64,000 nt of DNA from Atractiella rhizophila (Eukaryota): NCBI GenBank assembly GCA_021432655.1, contig MU271194.1, positions 81,522-145,521 of the forward strand. The letters are read 5' to 3'. The notes beneath the pieces were generated by a model, which was not told where the DNA came from, did no database searches, and saw nothing but the letters and a program-made list of their open reading frames with translations. Below, in pieces: positions 24,347-36,421 of this stretch. The position numbers and the translations under genes are program-made. Position 1 is the first letter of the stretch. Every line of letters starts with the position of its first letter.

Positions 24347-25973
24347 GTTAAAGGTCTTTGCTGATTTTTAACTACTTCACAAAGGATTGGCTGTTTGAGA
24401 GCGCAGGGAGAGTGAGCGACTGAAGGACTTGAAAAGTGCGGGGTATTTATGCTTCTCCTCAAAGGGGCCGGACTTTTACGGGATCGCTGCAGTCCCGCTT
24501 CCCAAAAAGGTTATTTAGAGTTGAATCAACAAACGAATTGTCACGTTTATTGGCCAGTCAGAATCTTCTAGTGACAAATCCGTTACATCCACCAAAGCAG
24601 CGCGCATCTGCTTCCTGCAAGCCGTTCCTCCGTCAAAGAGCCCTCCAAGCTCTCGATTTCGACTCGACAGAGTTCGTGCAGACATGGGGATGAGAAGTGC
24701 GAGTGACCACCCCCGCAAAAGAACAATATTTTCCTCACGAAATCGCCCGGGGACAGTCTAGAACGGGCATGGATATCTCCATCGCTTGTCAATCGCTGCG
24801 TGCACCGAAGTAGCGCCGTCTTGTCTGACACTTGCCCAGAAGGATTCAGCAGCAAAAATTCGGGGTGGAACAGTCTCGCAGACCCTTGAGCCGGCTTGAG
24901 CAAGGGCGAGGACATGTCGAGGTCATGACTTCCACCGTGGAATATGCTTCTTGTTTCCAGCCGCGCCGTGAGCGCGTGAGCCCCAAATTCATTTGCTGGA
25001 AGCGGCGCTGTGCCGATTATAGGATAAAGGACAGGACAAAGCATTGAAGAACACAGTCGATCTCAACTCAACTGAATCTCCGACATTATTGGCTACCTTA
25101 CAACATTCTTGTAACCTGTCACAGCTATGCTCTGAATGCAAGGAAGAAGAGGTGGAGGAAAGGATGTTGTAAATTGCTGACGGCCGCAAATGAGAGGGAA
25201 CGCTCCATCACAGAGGCTCTTGCCGTTTGTGCAGAAAGAGTTCTCGTTGCAGATCATCCGTCTGTGCGAGAACATGAGTTAGAGCGAGATAACCGCGGGC
25301 TAAATTAAAGATGTAATTGCTCTATTTTTGATTCACATTATCCACTAATTCTGATCTTCTTGTTGATTCCAAGAGACGCAAACTGCCCGCTCTGTCAGAC
25401 ACGGCGCGTATACCGTGCTCGAAGTTTGAAGGATGGAGAGTGCCTGAAAGAAGAGAGCTCGTGAAACGGGCAAGTAGCCAGGTTGCAACCCACTCATGCC
25501 CATGAATTTTGGCATCTCGATGACCTCAGTCAGAAAACATGAAGGTGTGTGTACATAACGCCTTTCATGGCAGTAGAGTTTTCCGTTCCTGCATTCCTTA
25601 CAGTAGGAAAATGGAAGTCGGAACTATGGACAGCTGAGCTCCTAAACTCGCTATTGATAACAATGGCTCTCATCGAAGGACGGAGCGAAGGAAAATGGAA
25701 ACAAATTCACCACGATCACCCGGCGCAGAATATATCTGAAGATGACAGCGCTCTTGAATATTGCGGTGTTGACCAGGCATCTATGTTCAACGAGAAAGTC
25801 ACGTTTTGCGAAAAGTTTACTTGTCGGCCTTCTGGCAAACGTGGCGGCTGCTTTTCTTTTGATGATAGGGTTAGGGATTCGTTGCAGAGGCAAAACCAAG
25901 TCATCGACTCAGGTGGTATAAGAGCCGGGTACTCAGCAGAGGATAGTGTTAGCAGCTTTTAACAGTATACAAA

Positions 25974-26479
25974 ATGGTAAGTCGTTTTCCTTTCTCTGTG
26001 AGGCGTGGGTTCCGTACGGATTGTGGGGAAGACGCCGTGGCAATCGAAAGGAAGTGAGGGCTGATCGTGTGATTCTTTGGCGGTAGACTCTTGCTGTCGA
26101 TCTCTTGAACCCCTCTCTCGACGCCGAGAAGCGAAAGCACAAGAAGAAGAGGCTCGTACAGTCTCCCAACTCCTTTTTCATGGATGTCAAATGTCCCGGT
26201 ATGTCCTCCCTACATGATCTTTTGCTGTCTCACAGGCTGAGAGGATGATGTGGACTGATTGATTCTGCGCGATCGTAGGATGCTTTAACATCACTACCGT
26301 CTTCTCCCATGCCCAAACTGTCGTTCTTTGCGGATCTTGCGCAACAGTACTTTGTCAGCCGACTGGTGGCAAGACACGACTGACTGAGGGTTCGTTCTTC
26401 TCTCGCCTTGCGCAACTATTTACAACAGTATGGCTGACCAAACTTGCAAATAGGGTGCTCGTTCCGGAGAAAGAACTGA
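25974..26479 (+). CDS. RPS27: 40S ribosomal protein S27 (eS27)
   Basis: Not in the ORF track. ATG-only first exon; the splice gives [83 protein letters not shown] with 3 introns. Confidence 0.97.
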
Positions 26480-27053
26480 GCCTGGGGGACTCTGAAAACT
26501 GATCTCTTCATCAGACTGTTGTCAGCGACCTAGGGACTGATTATGCGTATGATTCACTTCATGATTTTACCACCTTTTCCATGCAATATTTCATGTTTCG
26601 TTCTGTTGCGAAGCCATCGTAGGGGTTGACTCTGGATCATGAATTGGCAGGGTGGAATTCCGAAACGAAACTTAGGTTGCTGACAGTAGCTTATGTCCCT
26701 TCATGGTGGAAGTCACAATAGCCTGCAGTGTTGACGTTCAAGACGGAGGCGACACATTACACTAAGGCATAGGGGATAGCGACAGGGCAAGTTCCTGACC
26801 CTATCAACGCAATTCCTGCATCGTCAACAAACCAAAATAAGAATCGATGAGACCACCGATTCCTCATAAGTGTGAAGATATCTGCCGTGCTAAACTGCAT
26901 GACGGCTTGAACTGTTGAAAGTCAACAATGATAATGATCAGCGGTCGGAGATTGTGTTCAATGTTGTGCGATCGGGTCCGGGGTAAACGATAGCAACGAC
27001 ATCGTCAGCTGTAAGTCTCAACAACTCAGGCAAGTGACACCAAAGGAGGAATA

Positions 27054-28343
27054 ATGTCTTGGTACGTTTATTTCTTCTACAAGTGTTTAAACAACTCTAA
27101 TGCTCTTGATAGGGCTGGGTACGTTTGACTCGGCAAGTCCACCAATGGCGTCCTAACCTCCTTGTTCATGCAGATTAAAGAAAGGTGTTTCTCGAGCGGG
27201 TACAACGGTTTGCCTCTCCGCCAAATATGTTTGTCTCAGTACATGCTGATATCTGATTGGATGTTACGCTGTAGCTCCTCCAAAAGACCGGGCAAGTGGA
27301 TCGTACTGTTGATCCTCAATTCCAAGAGGAGGTAGAACGGTTCAAGCTGTTGGAGAAGAATGCGAATAACTTGCAGAAACACTCTAAGTTGTATCTCGAC
27401 TCTCTGCGCGGTAAGTCGGAACTCTTCACCAGTCTCACCCCGAAGTGACGGCGTTGGCGTAGGGATGACTGGTGCTCAGCTCCGAATCTCAGAGACAATT
27501 GATCACTTCTACAATGATGCATTTACTGGTGGACAAGCGACTGATGAAATGGCTGGACACTCTTACAAGCGGGCTATTGAAGAACTTGAAGGGAAGACGA
27601 GAGATCAGTTGGTTCGTCTACTTCATGTCATCTTGATTAAACGGCGCGAGCTCAGTGACGGGGATGGTGTGTTTCGTGTATATAGGATGCCCCTTATCGA
27701 CAGACAGTCCTGGAACCCATAGGGAAGCTTTGCTCCTATTTCCCAGAAATAAATAACTCAATTCAGAAGAGGAACAAGAAGGTTTGTCCCTCACTCCCTT
27801 GTGAGAGAATGGCTTTGTGAAGACATGCTCATGCTATAGCTGCTCGACTATGATTCCGCCCGTACACGCATGCGCAAACTCCAAGAGAAGCCCAATGATG
27901 ACCCCGCCAAGTTTTCAAGAGTACGTCTCCTTTAAATGTTCAGTTTCCCTCAAGTTGATTGTCGCTACAGACAGAGAAAGAAACGGAAGAAGCAAGGGTC
28001 ATTTTTGAAACTATCAATTCTCAACTCCAGGTCGAGGTGCCTCAAATGGTCGATCTTCGTGTTCCTTACCTAGATCCTTCGTTCGAGGCCATGGTTAGGA
28101 TACAACTCAAATTTGCAGAGGATTCGTGCGTGTCCCTTACCCTCTGTAATGTTGTGGACAACGCTTTCTAACACTGTCTGCGCGTACGACTTGCCACTGT
28201 TTAGGTATGAGCGTCTGAGTGGCGTGCAGAGATATCTCCAGGATAATGTGAGGGACGATTACGCGGAGGGAAGGCTAGATGCCCAGGTCGAGGGAGCGCT
28301 GCAGGAGATGAGAGACTTGAGCATCTGCGGTTTGAGCGGTTAG
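27054..28343 (+). CDS. RVS161: N-BAR amphiphysin-like protein Rvs161/Hob3
   Basis: The splice gives MSWAGLKKGVSRAGTTLLQKTGQVDRTVD...KRNKKLLDYDSAR...QMVDLRVPYLDPSFEAMVRIQLKF...EMRDLSICG. Confidence 0.92.
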
Positions 28344-30343
28344 AACTCCATCGTCGAAGGAGGACCTGACATCTAAATTGTGCGTTATCAAGTTCTGTGG
28401 AATGGTAGAAATGTTGTATTGTTATTGACCATGATCGCGTTCGTTGTGCCTGATAGCCTGATGCCTCATAAAAAGGCCCACATGTCTCGATTGGAAGACC
28501 CAATCCATCTGGCAAGCACTCTCACAAGTAGACAGAGTAGCCGCCGTATGTGCATCACTTACAATTAAGTGAACTCAAGATCCTATGACTATGTTTCCAA
28601 ACTGTTTAAGGATTGCGCGTATTCACATTATATCCACTGTTTATGCTCCTTCTCTCCTCATGAGGCCCTTGATAAGCGGCGAGATCGTTGCGAGTAAAGA
28701 TCCGGAACTGTGCAGTGTGCTGGCTCCTCGCCGAGGCGGTATTTTTCATCGATTTTTCAAATGCATGTTCCAAGTAGTTGCGTGAAGGAAACGTTCTCCT
28801 CTCATTGGGAGCAATGGGAGGATCCAGTGAACAGGACTACTACTGGCCGGGTCACTGTCTGTCTTCATCAGATGGCACGAACTTTTATCAGCGAGTGACG
28901 CTGCGGGGCTGTTGCAGCATCGCGTTTGGTGTTTCCACAACAAGGTGAAATGGATGTTTCTGTTACCCGAAAATTCCCAAGACGAGAGAAGAGAATAAGG
29001 TCGCAGTTTGTCATCTATTCTCCTTCATGATATTCCAACAGTCCGCGCGGAGAGCATACAAGTGTGGACGACTCTCCTTTATGCTAGAAGCAGTTCCATC
29101 CACATCGGTTGCTGGTTGCTGAGTAAATGGCTGTCGGACGGTCCTGTCGTTACAATGGGACACATGCGTTCTTGAAATTGCAATGTTGGGATTTTGCACA
29201 GCTTCATCAAATGGTTAGGTTGCACACATGCTCCAGCTGAAGTGGGCCATTGATTGCTACAATAAGCGAAAGGTTACAATCTAAAAACCCATCGGCTTCG
29301 ACCTTTGACGGTACCCTGTGGTAACGGTCCAGGTTGAGCCAACATCAGTGGAGCAGGATCTCTGGGGAACCATGTAATCCTGTTCGCCCACCAGGAGCCA
29401 GAGCCACCTCTCCTGGTTGAACAATTGTATGCCATCCTTTTCCTCAGGCTAACGGTTAACGAGTGTCAATACAAGATGGGATGGGGAGGTCCGGTGGTTT
29501 GTATCTGTCACTGGTCAATCGACGAACTTCTTCGAACTTCGAAGGAAGCCATGGATTTTGTTGCATCATAAATGTCGGCCCTGCAGACGTTCACCTCGCA
29601 ACAGATATTGGTTTCAGGGTATTTCAGCCCGACATTCGAAGCTGTGATACTTATTGGAGGCGGCCGTCAATCAGGCGATCCAGACCATTGTTCTGTATTC
29701 TGTACGCTGTGGTGTGTTGATTGTTCTACAAGTGAGAGGGATTTTCAGGTGAGGCTTCCCGCACTAACAATTATATGGAATTGCGAGGTTTGCGGCGACC
29801 GGGAAGAGTTTGAACTCGACATACACTTCACTCGGCTCTAACCCGTGCCGATGGTAGCAACGCTAATGGAGCTCCCGTCTCTGCAGCTCATTGGCAGTGA
29901 GGTCGTCCCCATGCCGTCCATGCCTCTTTTCATGCTCTTCCCCAGCTTCTTTTCAACAGATTGGAAATGGGATCGACTGACACATTCAAGTTGTTACAGA
30001 TCCTTTTCTAGTCCCCTGCCGATTTAGGCCAGGATTTAGACGCCTCCAAGTATTCGAAACGAGGAAAAGAGTACAGATTGTTCGCTGTACACGATCGTTG
30101 TACGTCTGCCTCCGCTTTAACCACCGTGTGCTAAATTGCTGAAAGAATGTGCATGGTTCTGCAGGAAGCTCCCAAGCGCCACCCTTTTATCGGCTGATAA
30201 CCCCCTTCTTCGAAGGGTTCTTATAAGACGTCGATTCGGTCTGAACGATCACGACGAGAGATTCAGAGCATTTAACTTCCACACCGATTCTCTGTCTTTT
30301 CGGTCGCAGCAATCCTTCCCAGTCCTTACTACATCTCGCAGTA

Positions 30344-31493
30344 ATGTCAACAACAACGACGGAGAAGAAGAGGACGCGTACGAGGAAAGTCATAAATCCC
30401 TTACAAAGGGGTAAGTCATTCAGTAACCTTCTTATCTAAATCTAACGTTTCTCAGGCCTTGCATGCGAAACATGTCGAAAAAGGTACGAGACTTGTGACC
30501 ACGACCTGCAGTTCGCTGACTACTCGAGTGAAGGAAGGTGCGCTGTTGCGCGTCGAAACCAGCCTGTACATCATGTCGTCGAACTGCAATAGTGCGGTAA
30601 GCTCGATCGCCTTCGATCTCACTGATGAGCTGATGAGGATCAAGGGGACGAGATCCATCCAAGGTGATCTGTGTCTACCCAGATCCAGTCCTCTCTTCCC
30701 CAGCGGCGTCTTTCATTGTCAAAACTATGAGTAACCCTCCGCACCAGCCTCCGCTATTCCCAGCGGACATCGAGACAATGGCGATCGCAGAACAAAGTAT
30801 GATTTCCTTTGAAGCTCAAGTTCCATCTTCCATCTGTTGATCTGTCATGTACAACAAGGATCCCATGGATACCTCGCTGACCGTCGTTCATCGACGGATT
30901 CATACGCATCCTCCTCAGACGGTCTTTCCTCTTTCGATGCAGCTACCTCTCAGCTCTTAGCTTCTTTCCAAAGCTATGGCCTTGGGGGACCGATCGATGT
31001 GATGGCTTCCATTCGCCAACAACAACTGCAGCAGATTGAGCAGAAACAGATGTTGCCTCATCAACCGTGGGCAGAAACGTCCTCTGCTGCTCAAGATCAC
31101 CTTCGATTGCGGCAGCAGGCACTCTACAACGTGTCGCATATGCCTGCGACGTACGATCACTTTCAACAATCGTTTCTTTACCCTACACCAGTCCTTTCGG
31201 GTCCCACATGCGCCGCTTCCCTGCCTCCACTCACGCCCGCACTCCCTCCCTTGTCACACAATCTTAGCTTCAAGTCCTCAGCAACAACGGCTACCAACTA
31301 CACTGGTATCGAAAACCTCGATCGCTCAATCATGACACGATCACTTTCGACTGCTCCAATAGCCAACACTATAACCCTCCTCCCTTCAATCCCTTCAATA
31401 GTCCCTCGTTTGCCATCTACGTCACCAACTTCGGATTCTTCAGTCTCGGGAGCCTCGTCGTACTTTACTTCAGCATCTGTGCCATCGTCATAA
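30344..31493 (+). CDS. Zn(II)2Cys6 (Gal4-type) transcription factor, short form
   Basis: The DNA-binding domain is absent from the ORF track. The splice gives MSTTTTEKKRTRTRKVINPLQRGLACETCRKRKVRCCASKPACTSCRRTAIVRGRDPSKVICVYPD, then a Q/S/P-rich region (ORF 30837-31493). Four introns. Confidence 0.88.
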
Positions 31494-31828
31494 GACTCGT
31501 GAAATCTCTTCTGATCCTATATGCAATTCGGTTTGATTTGTGCTGCAGCTATATGCATCTATGATATTGACGGAATGTATTACCATTACTTCCTCTTCGA
31601 AGACATTGTGACTTGATAGTGGCCCCGCGCTGGGCAGTAATAATGCGAAGGAATCGATTCCAGTGAAACCTGATAAATACACCTCAAGGCTGCAAACGGC
31701 GTAACATGGTGAAAAACCGTAACAGATCGTACAAAGAAGGAAAAAAACCGAACCTCCTCAAAGTATCCCGTCTGTAAACCATACACTGACACTGCAACTA
31801 TAACAGAGCGCCATAACATTCTGCGCTA

Positions 31829-33504
31829 TCATGTTGCTGGACTGGTGAGCATCGCGCCTTCAACATCCTTGCCCTTGCCCTCCTCAGGAGTCATTCCATC
31901 TGTCCTCTCCTTCTCCTTGACTGCGTCAGCAATCTGCGACGTAAGCTTTGACTTCAGATTCTTCCTCGCCGTCATTCGGGTATTGATGTACTGTTGACCA
32001 ATGACCTCTGTTCCACGTCGAAGGATCTCAACCATTATGTCCTCGACCCACTGTAAAAGTCTAGTGAGCAGGAGGAAGGAAATCCGGAAGCGAGGTTAGA
32101 CGCACCTCATTCTCCTCGAACGGGATATCCAACCAATCTGCTGGCAAGCTTTGGGTTATAGTTCGATAGCTGAGTTTGTTTCCTGGGTCCTCAAGGAGGA
32201 AGATAAAGAATAGATGCTTTTCGTCCTTCTGCGTCGATGGCTCGTCCTCATCGCCAAAGATGGGGAGTGTATCGAGGACTGGTTGTATACGGAGAAAGAT
32301 GGGGCATTTCGTTACTGGGATTGTGAGAGAGGAGGATGGGTCGGGATTACTGGGATGGGGAGTTGGGTCGGCTGTATCCAAGGTGTCTGAAGAGGGAGGG
32401 ATGTAAGATGTCTTCACCAATTGTTCGAGATTTGCCTGTAGAACAGGCATCGGTCAATACTTGAAAGCCTCAAAAGGTTAATGGTGCTCACTTTTGCAAG
32501 CTTGAAGCCTTCTTTCTTCCCCTCCACGAAATTCAAGTTCCTTTCCTCCTCCGCTCCGTCCTCTTTCTTCAAATCTTCTTTCCCTTTATTTATCACCAAA
32601 TCGCCCCCTTCAACTTGTTCCATGATCTTCACCAGGACTGCATACACCAACGCTTCAACCCCGTCATACCCTGCCATATCGTGCGAGAGTGTAACCTCAA
32701 TCAATTCATGCTCCGCTATGGGAGGCGCCACCGCGTTCAGGATGTCGTGGAATGTTTTTCCTCCCAACGTTCGCAGGTCAGAACCGACTGACTGAGCTGC
32801 ATCCCCAAGGATTGTTAACATCCAGTTGTCACTTCCACACAAGAGCGGGGGTGAAACGACATACCCATCTGTCCTAGCTTCTCGACATCAACGTAAGCGC
32901 CGAGCTGCTCAACTTTGACATTCTTTGCCAAATCTGTCCACTTCTTCGCCTGCTCGCTCTCCGCCAACCCTTTCACATACCCTTTCACCTCATCCACCTT
33001 CAAATTCTTCTGCACATTCTGCGCCTGCTGCACTACCGAATGCTGAATAGACTGCGCCTGTTGAATCACCGAAGTCGCAGAATTCCACATCGAACTCCAT
33101 CCCCAGCCTCCTCCAGCTTGAGTTGGAGCAGGCTCTGGTGCCGCTTCATTCTTGGCGGGACGTTGGGAGTCAGTGCTCTTCCTCACTGGCGGCCCAATCG
33201 CCACTCCTTGTCCTGCACCTCTCAAGCTCCCTTTCGAGCTTGTACGATTGAGGTCTGGCACTGGAAGCTGAGTTGTCGGTGTCGAACTGCGCGCGGTAAT
33301 CTCGTCGAGAAATTCGAGCACCTTTGCCGCTTCTTCGGGATTGGGAGTACCCGTTGTCGGTGCAACTGTTCCTGCGGCAGTGGATGGGGCGGGGGCAGGG
33401 ACGGTGGAGGAGGAAGGTGCGGCTGAGTAGGAGTCTAGATCGTCAAGGAAGGCTAGTACGTCGTCTCTCGCGGAACCGGTATTGGGTTTTTTAGAATCAG
33501 CCAT
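31829..33504 (-). CDS. MTC1: Mtc1 (maintenance of telomere capping 1) family protein
   Basis: DDVLAFLDDL N-terminus, GGGWGWSSMW, LNAVAPPIAEHELIEVTLSHDMAGY, PIFLRIQP and TITQSLPADWL. Confidence 0.75.
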
Positions 33505-33815
33505 TTCTAGGGTAGGCTACAGGAGCGTAAACGAAAGGGCTAGCGAGAAGTCAGATGCATAACACTGGACCACCATCCCATATCCAAGGAGGACTTCATA
33601 CTCACACTTCTGTCAATTCGCAGCTAAATCAAGTCTCTTAACTACAGTAGGGCCACAATGTGGTGTTGTTCTCTGCTCTTCTTGCAATTGTCAGTTGAAG
33701 TTGTAGTTGAACTTGGGACAAAGCAATGGCGGGTTTCAACTTCCTTCCTAGCATGGCAGCATGACTCAACCCAGACTCACGGGACCACTGCTGGATCTGA
33801 TTCTTTCTCTTCATC

Positions 33816-34548
33816 ATGGCAGACAACCCCAAGATTTCTGTATTGTTTGTGTGTTTAGGTGCGCTACCTATCTACATTATATAACAGGAGGCAGAGCTGA
33901 TAATCTAATCCTCGGAGTAAGGCAACATCTGCCGCTCTCCTCTCGCGACTGAGCTCTTCCGTTCCATAGTTAACCAGCGAGGATTAGCAGATAAGTTTGA
34001 TCGAATTGAAGGAGCAGGCACGGCGGGTTTGTCTACTTTATCTTTAAAGGGCGGCGCACATTGTTCGCTGACGCCAGAATCGCAGGTTACCATGTTGGCG
34101 AGACTCACGATGAGCGCACCATCGATGTGCTGCAGAAACACGGTGTCTCGATATCTTCACGCGCGCAACAGGTGAAGCGACGGCATTTCAGCGAGTTCGA
34201 TTACATTCTAGCGATGGATAAATCGAATTTATCCGCTTTACGGAGTCTGCAGCAAAGCGTTAAGAAGGAAGATACCGCAAAGGCAGTTGTCAGGATGTTT
34301 GGGGAATATCAGGATGGAAGGGAAGTCCCAGACCCTTATTACGGAGGTGATGTAGGTCTTTCCCTTTCCCCTTGTCGAAGCAACAATATAATGGCCATGG
34401 TACTGGTCTCCTTTAGGAGGGGTTTGAGCAGGTTGGTATTGTTCTCTTTGCTCAGGCGCTCAGGACTCATCAGCGTTTGGCAAAGGTCTATCAACAATGC
34501 CACAGATATTGCGACGCATTTCTGAAGTCCCTCGGGTTTGAAGAATGA
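33816..34548 (+). CDS. LTP1: Low-molecular-weight protein tyrosine phosphatase
   Basis: The splice gives ISVLFVCLGNICRSP (P-loop CxxxxxRS), GTAGYHVG, FDYILAMD and VPDPYYGG. Confidence 0.92.
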
Positions 34549-34827
34549 AGGCATAGTGACAGGCAAAAACTTGAGCCGAACACAATGATCCTGAGGACAA
34601 ACTTAGAGGTACTGAGGATGCGTGGGAGGCTGGAATGTAGATACGATTTACGATCCATGTGTCAGATCAACAAGTCATCAGGTCCTTTATGTGTAGGAAA
34701 TCGTCACATTTGCCTTTCTTGTGTTAAGGTATAGATATGAATTGGTTGGTAGAGTGAACACCAGAGAAATAAGACAGGACGGTGCAAAAAGTTGTGAGAA
34801 GGTTTGTTGTGGTTGCGTTGAAAAAAG

Positions 34828-34909
34828 CGTTCAGAGAGAGGATTGAACTCTCGACCTCACGATTGCGTTCTTAACAGTCGTGCGCTCTAACCAGCTGAGC
34901 TATCCAAAC
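34828..34909 (-). tRNA. tRNA-Asn(GTT) with 8-nt canonical intron
   Basis: Reverse complement reads GTTTGGATAGCTCAGCTGGTTAGAGCG CACGA CT GTT A [AGAACGCA] A TCGTG AGGTCGAGAGTTCAATCCTCTCTCTGAACG. A T6 Pol III terminator follows (34821-34826). Confidence 0.95.
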
Positions 34910-35053
34910 TCGTATATGTGTCTTGTGGCGGATGCATTCCTATATATCCAACACCGTCATCTGATTTAATGCTCTGGTGTCAGTTCATAATGACTCCGTT
35001 CTCCCACCATCCTCCTCTTTCGATCCATTTCGCTTAGCATCGTAGCAAACAAT

Positions 35054-35778
35054 ATGTCGTCTGTGCGTTTCAAGTTTGTTTCTTGACTGAGATATGCTGA
35101 AGAATGCAATGTAGCCAGAAGCTGGACCATCTTCTGTTACAGGTAGCGCGTTTCTTGTTCACTTTCACGACATCATCCTAGTTCTAAGGATGTACGAATT
35201 CACGCACAGAAAAGCCTATCGATGTTTCTCTTGCACCCGAAGACGCGTCAAAGAAATATGTAAAGCTAGTGTCAAGAGATGGTACGGTTTTGCTCAACCG
35301 CCACCTCCAGCGAGGAAGTTCATTCAGGCTTTGTGTCACAGGATTCGAGTTTGTCGTCCTCCGGGAGGCAGCTTGTCAGAGTGAGATGATAAGGAGCTCT
35401 TTGGACAACGACTGTGAATCGTTCCCTCTGATTACTTCCCTCAATTAAAGAAGGTATGATAGATGACTTCGAAGAAGCGAGAACCGGCGTAATGAAAATG
35501 AACGAATAGTCTGTCCCCTTTCCCTTCTTCAGCAAACCCAAATCTAACCTCTTTGTTGCTGCAGTGCAAATGTCGTCGAGGTGCTTGTCCAGTACATGTA
35601 TTACAAACTGTACTACACGAAGCACACAGATGAGGACCTACCAAATTTCGAGAGTCGCATCCCTTTGGAGATCGCGCTTGAGGTGTAAGTTTTCTCTTGG
35701 TTTGTTCTCCTGCGGTTGCTTATGAACTATATGCATTCTGGGTGAAGAATGGAAGCAGCCGATTTTTTGGATTTGTAG
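35054..35778 (+). CDS. ELC1: Elongin C (Skp1/BTB-like)
   Basis: Not in the ORF track. The splice gives KKYVKLVSRDGFEFVVLREAACQSEMIRSSL...VVEVLVQYMYYKLYY...IPLEIALEVMEAADFLDL*. Confidence 0.9.
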
Positions 35779-36421
35779 ACTGTTTAGACCGTTCCCTTAG
35801 GAATAGTGTCAATCAGATTGAGCATTCACAATACTATCTAATTCGGATTCCAAGGAACAAAGGAAGAGGAGTAGGGGGTATTTAATTCCTACAGAACACT
35901 CCAGCGATTCCCACATCAGTTATCACTACTATCAAGTTCAGTTTGAAAGGTAGGGGACTCAAGGAAAGTATCGAAGACGACCAATGTTAAAGTGAAGCGC
36001 AATGCGAAACGAGAACGAAGAAATCAGAACACAAATTTTAACGACTTATCAACTTGAAGAGTTTCTGAGCTGGAGGTATCACTCGGGTATTAACGAACAC
36101 AACAACGAATTTGATCAATCGAACAAGTTTAAGTTGATCAAGGCAGGCAGTGAAAGAGCGTGTTGCTAATGATAAAGCTAAAGCGTTGTGGTTGAAAGAG
36201 CCAACGAACAAACCACTCTATTGTGTTTTTTTGGCACTGGCAATCGAAACAAATCGAAAAGGCTAATTAGGTAGCTATCAGACTATGAAGAAAGGGGAAT
36301 CCATAACGTCCTTGCTTCCTTTCCTTTCTTTGTATTGTAAGAGTAAAACCGACGAAAATCAACTCTGAACCAAAAATTCGGACGACGAACAAACCCTGAT
36401 CCAACCAAAAAGGGATTCACT

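Noticed and set aside
25933..26415. Minus-strand ORFs listed over this interval
   Set aside because: Shadows of the spliced plus-strand RPS27 gene.
29400..29960. Coding-like fragments on the minus strand with one intron-like stretch
   Set aside because: Stops in all frames and no recognisable family, so a feature cannot be supported.
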